In this document: positions 59,385 through 64,000 of the stretch, in pieces | Position numbering within the stretch: the first letter of the stretch is position 1 | Layout: each line of letters begins with the position of its first letter | Origin: the human T2T-CHM13v2.0 reference genome, Homo sapiens | DNA: 64,000 nucleotides | Direction: 5' to 3' (one strand) | NCBI RefSeq assembly: GCF_009914755.1 | Contig: NC_060932.1 | Position numbers and translations under genes: made by a program | Notes under the pieces: generated by a model | What the model was told of the DNA's origin: nothing | The model's database searches: none | What the model saw: only the letters and a program-made list of their open reading frames with translations

Positions 59385-59472
59385 GCATCCCTAAGCCTTT
59401 CGATGATCAGTTTAAATAGGCCTACCAGAATGGTGACTCCTTGTCTTGCCAGCTAGTTTCTTGGAATGAGAA

Positions 59473-59811
59473 GGCTAAAGTTGTGGCTTATGCCTGTAAT
59501 CCGAACACTTTGGGAGGCCAAGGTGGGAGGATCACTTGAGGCCAGGCATTTGAGACCAGCCTAGGCAACATAGAAAGACCCTGTCTCTACACACAATTAA
59601 AAAAGCAAAAATAAAATAGTTAGCTAGGCATGATGGCATGTGACATGACTGCATGTAGTTCTAACTACTTAGGTGGCTGAGTCAGGAAGATCACTTGAGC
59701 CTAGGAGTTTGAGGCTACAGTGAGCCATGATCATGCCACTGCACTCCAGCCTGGGGGACTGAGTAAGATGCTCTCTCAAACAAGCAAATAATAATAATAA
59801 TAAAAATAAAA
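59473..59811 (+). mobile_element. AluJ
   Basis: gggaggatcacttgagg, gaggctacagtgagccatgatc; (AAT)n tail. Confidence 0.88.
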
Positions 59812-61019
59812 GTGTCATGAACTATAAGCAATCACAGATTATTGTTCATTGAATCCCTTGCTGTGTCCCCTGCGGACATATTCTTCCTTTGGGAATGAGA
59901 GCCCTAATACTACAGAATTCAGATTTGTGGGGAGGAGAAGCACAGATTTCTCAAGTGCACTGCCAAGAGTGATAGTAAGCAAAGTCAACCTGCTTCCTCC
60001 TCTTGGTTTATGGACCCATGTATTCTACGTAAGGGGGACAGCACCAACTAAGGCTGTTGATTTAAAGCATATATTGCATTCTGGAGAATGGTGGTAATCA
60101 ATGGCTGCTGCAAAGAAAGAGGATGGAGTACAACAAAAGTTTAGAACAAAGAAATGAGAATGGACCTATGGAAGTGCAAAATCTTCATATCTCATGTTGA
60201 CAACCACCTCAAAGCATTCATTATGGAACAGGCACTAAACAACAACTAGGCAAGTAGACAAAATTCCTTGACCAGTTTGCAGCAGCCACCCTATTTCACT
60301 GTACTTATAGTTACTATATTCCTCATTATCTCAAACGCTTGATATATCTTGTCTGCTAGTGCATTTTCTTCCACTGGAATTCAATCCTATCTCATTCCCT
60401 GTGAAAGGTTTGATAATTACCCTGTACTCATGGCAGGGACTATCTGTGTTCCATTTGACATTGGTGAGGGGGTTTAGTCTGGCATTGCCATCTGGGCGGG
60501 GTGATCCAACTCTCAAATTCTATCTACTGTCTTCTTCTTCAGACCAATTCTGATACCAGCTCTCACAAGTTGAGGTCATTGGGAAGCAAATTATGACTTG
60601 AAGATCAGTTTCCTAAAGTTTACTAGGGAGTCCTCCCTCTGTCAACACTCATGGAAGCGAAGGAGAGGAAGTCATATTAGGAAGTTGGTTTCAATGCAGA
60701 AAACCCCATGTGAAGCTCTGAAACTGGGGTGAACTCTGAACTAACTGGTTATGAATTGGAGGCTGCCCCAAGAAGGGTGGTACCATGGACACTCTGTGGC
60801 TGAAGGCTGTCTGTTGGTACTCCGAGTACCTGGGAACTAAGTCTTTTATTTCTGAAAGGGGATTTGGGCAGCACATGACAGCATCCATTATAGGCAGTTA
60901 CTAACTCTTTCAAATTGTTCACATTTACACTTTCTACTAGTGTCTACGTAATACAAATAAGGGAACACTACTCTGTCTAGAGGTCTCTTCCAAGACTTCA
61001 AATACCAGTTCTCTCCAAG

Positions 61020-61225
61020 CAGCATCTACGTTTCTTTCCCCCTTTTATACCCCTTATCACAATGTGCTACACTTGCTGAATTTCCAGACTGCAAATCTCC
61101 TAAGACAGAAATCTTTTTTAGTTCGGTATTTGCTTTCTTTAAAGCAAATCTTTATATAAAAAAGATTCTAGCACTGTGTTTTGGTATAGAATTGTGCTCA
61201 GTAAAATATTTATGATTAATTTAAT
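61020..61225 (+). mobile_element. L2 3'-end fragment
   Basis: ccagactgcaaatctcc...ctagcactgtg...tgctcagtaaaatatt. Confidence 0.55.
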
Positions 61226-63434
61226 ATACTGCAGGTTTATGTATACATGTGTATATAATATTTCAGCTCTTCCAAAGTCAGACAAAGCTCAATCTAACTG
61301 TAGGTTAAACAAATAAAAAGCTATTGGAAAAAGTAATTTAGACACTGCTCAGGCGCATTTAGTCAAACCTAAGAGTTATATAACTTGAGACATGAAAAAA
61401 AACATCCAGATGCAGCTGCTGTTAGTTCTGCATGAGATTTTATCACTAGTGATTCATTTCTTTAGATTCCAATTTACTTTTCCCAAGAGAAATCTGTTAA
61501 ATGCAAATGCCATTGGAAAACTAAGGTATTATTAGCCAGTAATACATTTGGTAAGATGATTTTATCACATTGCTTTCTAAATGGCAGCTAGCTAAGACGT
61601 AGGGGTATATACCATAGAAAAGTTAAGATGTGAGTGAAGGGGAATATCTGAGAATAGGGTACTTTAGAGGTGTGTGTGCATGAGATGTGACTCAGCTACA
61701 GAAGAAAAGTATGATATGATCTAATCTGGGGCAGGAAAAATTAAAAAGTATGAAAAGTACGCTAAAAAGAGGAGGGATTGGATTCTAAAACTGAACTCCA
61801 GCTACATTAGAATTTTGCCCTGGGCCCTTATCATTATTTCTGAATTTTCGATCCTCTTCCAATATATTCATAAAATATCCTCTTTTTCCCATACAAGGCT
61901 ATGATGTAGCCTGTCAATGCTGGTCAGGAATGAAATATCACTGCAAGAAAACTGGCATAAAAATCAGAGAACCCAAGATGGTAAAGGTAGTGTTAATAAT
62001 TCTTTTTCAATCACCTCTGAAAAACACACTTCAGAATACCATCCAACACATTGGACTCAAGTTCATGGCAACTTAGCTGGTGACAGCCTCAGAAATAAAC
62101 AAACAAAACAAATCCAAGTTCCCACAGTTCACAGCAAGTTATCTATGTTCTTATTTCTTCAAGACATCTTCCAAAATGAAAGATGTTTTTTTCCACCATA
62201 AAACATATTTTATTGTCTACATGCTCTATGAGTAAAAGAGCATGAGTACACAGTCAAAAATCCTGCAATTTCATTAAAAAACTTAATGTAATAATAGGTA
62301 TGCATTGCTTGCCACTAATTCCCAGGGTTAGTAAATATCTGGAAATAGTAGATATATGTTGTGAATAGTATTAAAAAGTAACATCCTTTTTTTACTCCAA
62401 TATTATTCTGCTAGGCCAGCCATTTAAAAATAAAAAGTTTTTGGTCATGCCCCCCCAGATTATATTTATTTCTTCACTAATAGCTGACACTTTCTTTTGG
62501 CCTTTTTCCCTATAAATCGCTAGTAAAATCAGTAATAATATATTGAAATTTGGATGCAAAATATATAGACAATGTACAATGCAAAATGTAAATTGGGACA
62601 TGAAAAACGATTGAGTGGTCTCATTTTTAAATGTCAAGAAAATTGAAATTCTTTTTTTATAACAAGATAGTTCACAGATACTTCTTTCTCCAAAAACTGA
62701 AAGTAGAGAGAACTTTTGAAAAGCAAGGGTGATTCACTAGCATAAATTTAGCAGAAAAAAAATTTATTTCATTCTGCCAGCCTTCCCTAGAGAAAGTAAT
62801 AGAAAGCACAAGTAAGGAACAAGTCTAAGGCACCTTTAAATCCATTTCTTTTCCTTTGTCACAAAATCACAGTGCAGCCTGAATGACCTCGGAGCCAATA
62901 CTTCCAGGTAAAAAATAAATAAATAAAAATAAAAATAATTGCTGAGATGAGTTCAAGTAAATAACATGTAAAATTAATATTCTCATTACAATCTTTTTAT
63001 TTTATATAAGTAAAAGAAGACTTGAAATATTCTCAACCTGATGATAATTATTACTTATATCCATAACATCTCTTTTGAGGACATTGCTGGAGAATGTAGA
63101 GCGAGAGAATAAACATAATCTTATGAGGCATAAAGCAAACTTTCCCACAATTGGGAATATAAAAAAAAATTCCCATTTGTTTAAACAGCAAGAATATTAA
63201 ATGAATCAGATAATCATAGAATTCTGAGGAGGGAGAAGATTTAGAAGTGTTTAAATGCAATCCTTCAATTTTCTTCAGCTAAATGACTATACATATGTTT
63301 TAAATAAAAAATTGAAAATCCTAATATTAACCTATCAAATCATTTTAACATTGACTTTATATTTTATTAAAGCATGAAATCAAGCAAAGAAGACCAATAT
63401 CTTCAATATTTTTTTCATGTACCGAATTGAGTCC

Positions 63435-64000
63435 TTTATTTTTTTATTGATGAGTAATAAATGTACATATTTTCACGGAACAAATGATCACTTGATATAT
63501 TCATAAAATGTGTAAAGATCAAATCAGGGTAATTGGGCTATCTATCATCTTAAATATTTATCTTTCTTTTATGCTATGAACATTTGAATTATTTTCTTCT
63601 AGCTATTTTGAAATATATATTACATTACTGTTAACTATAGCCATCCTATTGAACACTAGGTCTTATTTTTTTAATTTAATTTGTACCCATTAATCTCTTT
63701 ATCCTCTCCTCCACTCTACACTTCGTGGCCTCTGGCAACTGCCAATCTGCTCTCAATCTTCCTAAGATTCACCTTTTTAGGTCCCATATATGCGTGAGGA
63801 CATTGTGACTTTTGTCCTTCTGTGATTGGCTTATTTTGCTTAACATAATGACCTCCAGTTCCATCCATGTGGCTGAAAATGACAGGATTTAGTTTTTTAA
63901 AGACTGAATAATGTTCCATTGTGTGTGTGTGTATACACATATACCACGGTTTCTTTATCTATCATCCATTGATGGGCATTTGGGTTGATTCCATATTTTA
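63435..64000 (-). mobile_element. L1MA (about L1MA3/4) 3' end, runs off the window
   Basis: gatcaaatcagggtaattggg, cttctagctattttgaaatata, taacataatgacctccagttccatccatgt. Confidence 0.88.

Larger units (their letters stand above)
57282..60891 (-). mobile_element. Ancient ERV-L/ERV3-type provirus remnant: LTR16-like 3' LTR (57282-58585), deleted internal region, LTR16-like 5' LTR (~60560-60891)
   Basis: Two homologous LTRs (cccatggggagctct / cccatgtgaagctct; taagtctt...tgaagggga / tgaaagggga); PBS-like tggtatcagaattggtct on - strand at 60541-60558; pol/integrase-like internal sequence. Confidence 0.65.

Noticed and set aside
60102-60288. MITE with 13-bp TIRs
   Set aside because: No TSD and the interior resembles ERV-L pol; reported as an inversion instead.

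Overview
AT-rich, repeat-dense primate (human-like) genomic DNA, intergenic or intronic. I see no intact protein-coding exon series. Most of the window is interspersed repeats: about 16 Alus, four L1PA insertions, old L1M and L2 remnants, many solo LTRs (THE1/MST/MLT1/MLT2, LTR12, MER4, MER50-like, LTR1-like, LTR7/LTR46-like), an old two-LTR ERV-L (LTR16) remnant and DNA-transposon fragments. There is one full-length RPL32 processed pseudogene (27371-27882), whose 3' end was hit by a nested MSTA/MER50-like LTR pair. The standout is at 44579-46950 (- strand): a TSD-flanked retroposed chimera in which a KRAB zinc-finger gene's first exon and its KRAB-A exon are spliced together and joined, exactly at the exon end, to the 5' end of an old L1PA15/16-type element. 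That L1 is internally deleted and appears to carry a 3' transduction. A second theme is repeated fossil repair junctions where a short hairpin abuts a sequence copied from 1.7-2.8 kb away (41083, 52324, probably 18240), plus an inversion bounded by 13-bp inverted repeats inside the ERV-L. Repeat subfamily names are from recognition by eye and recalled consensus, not database searches.
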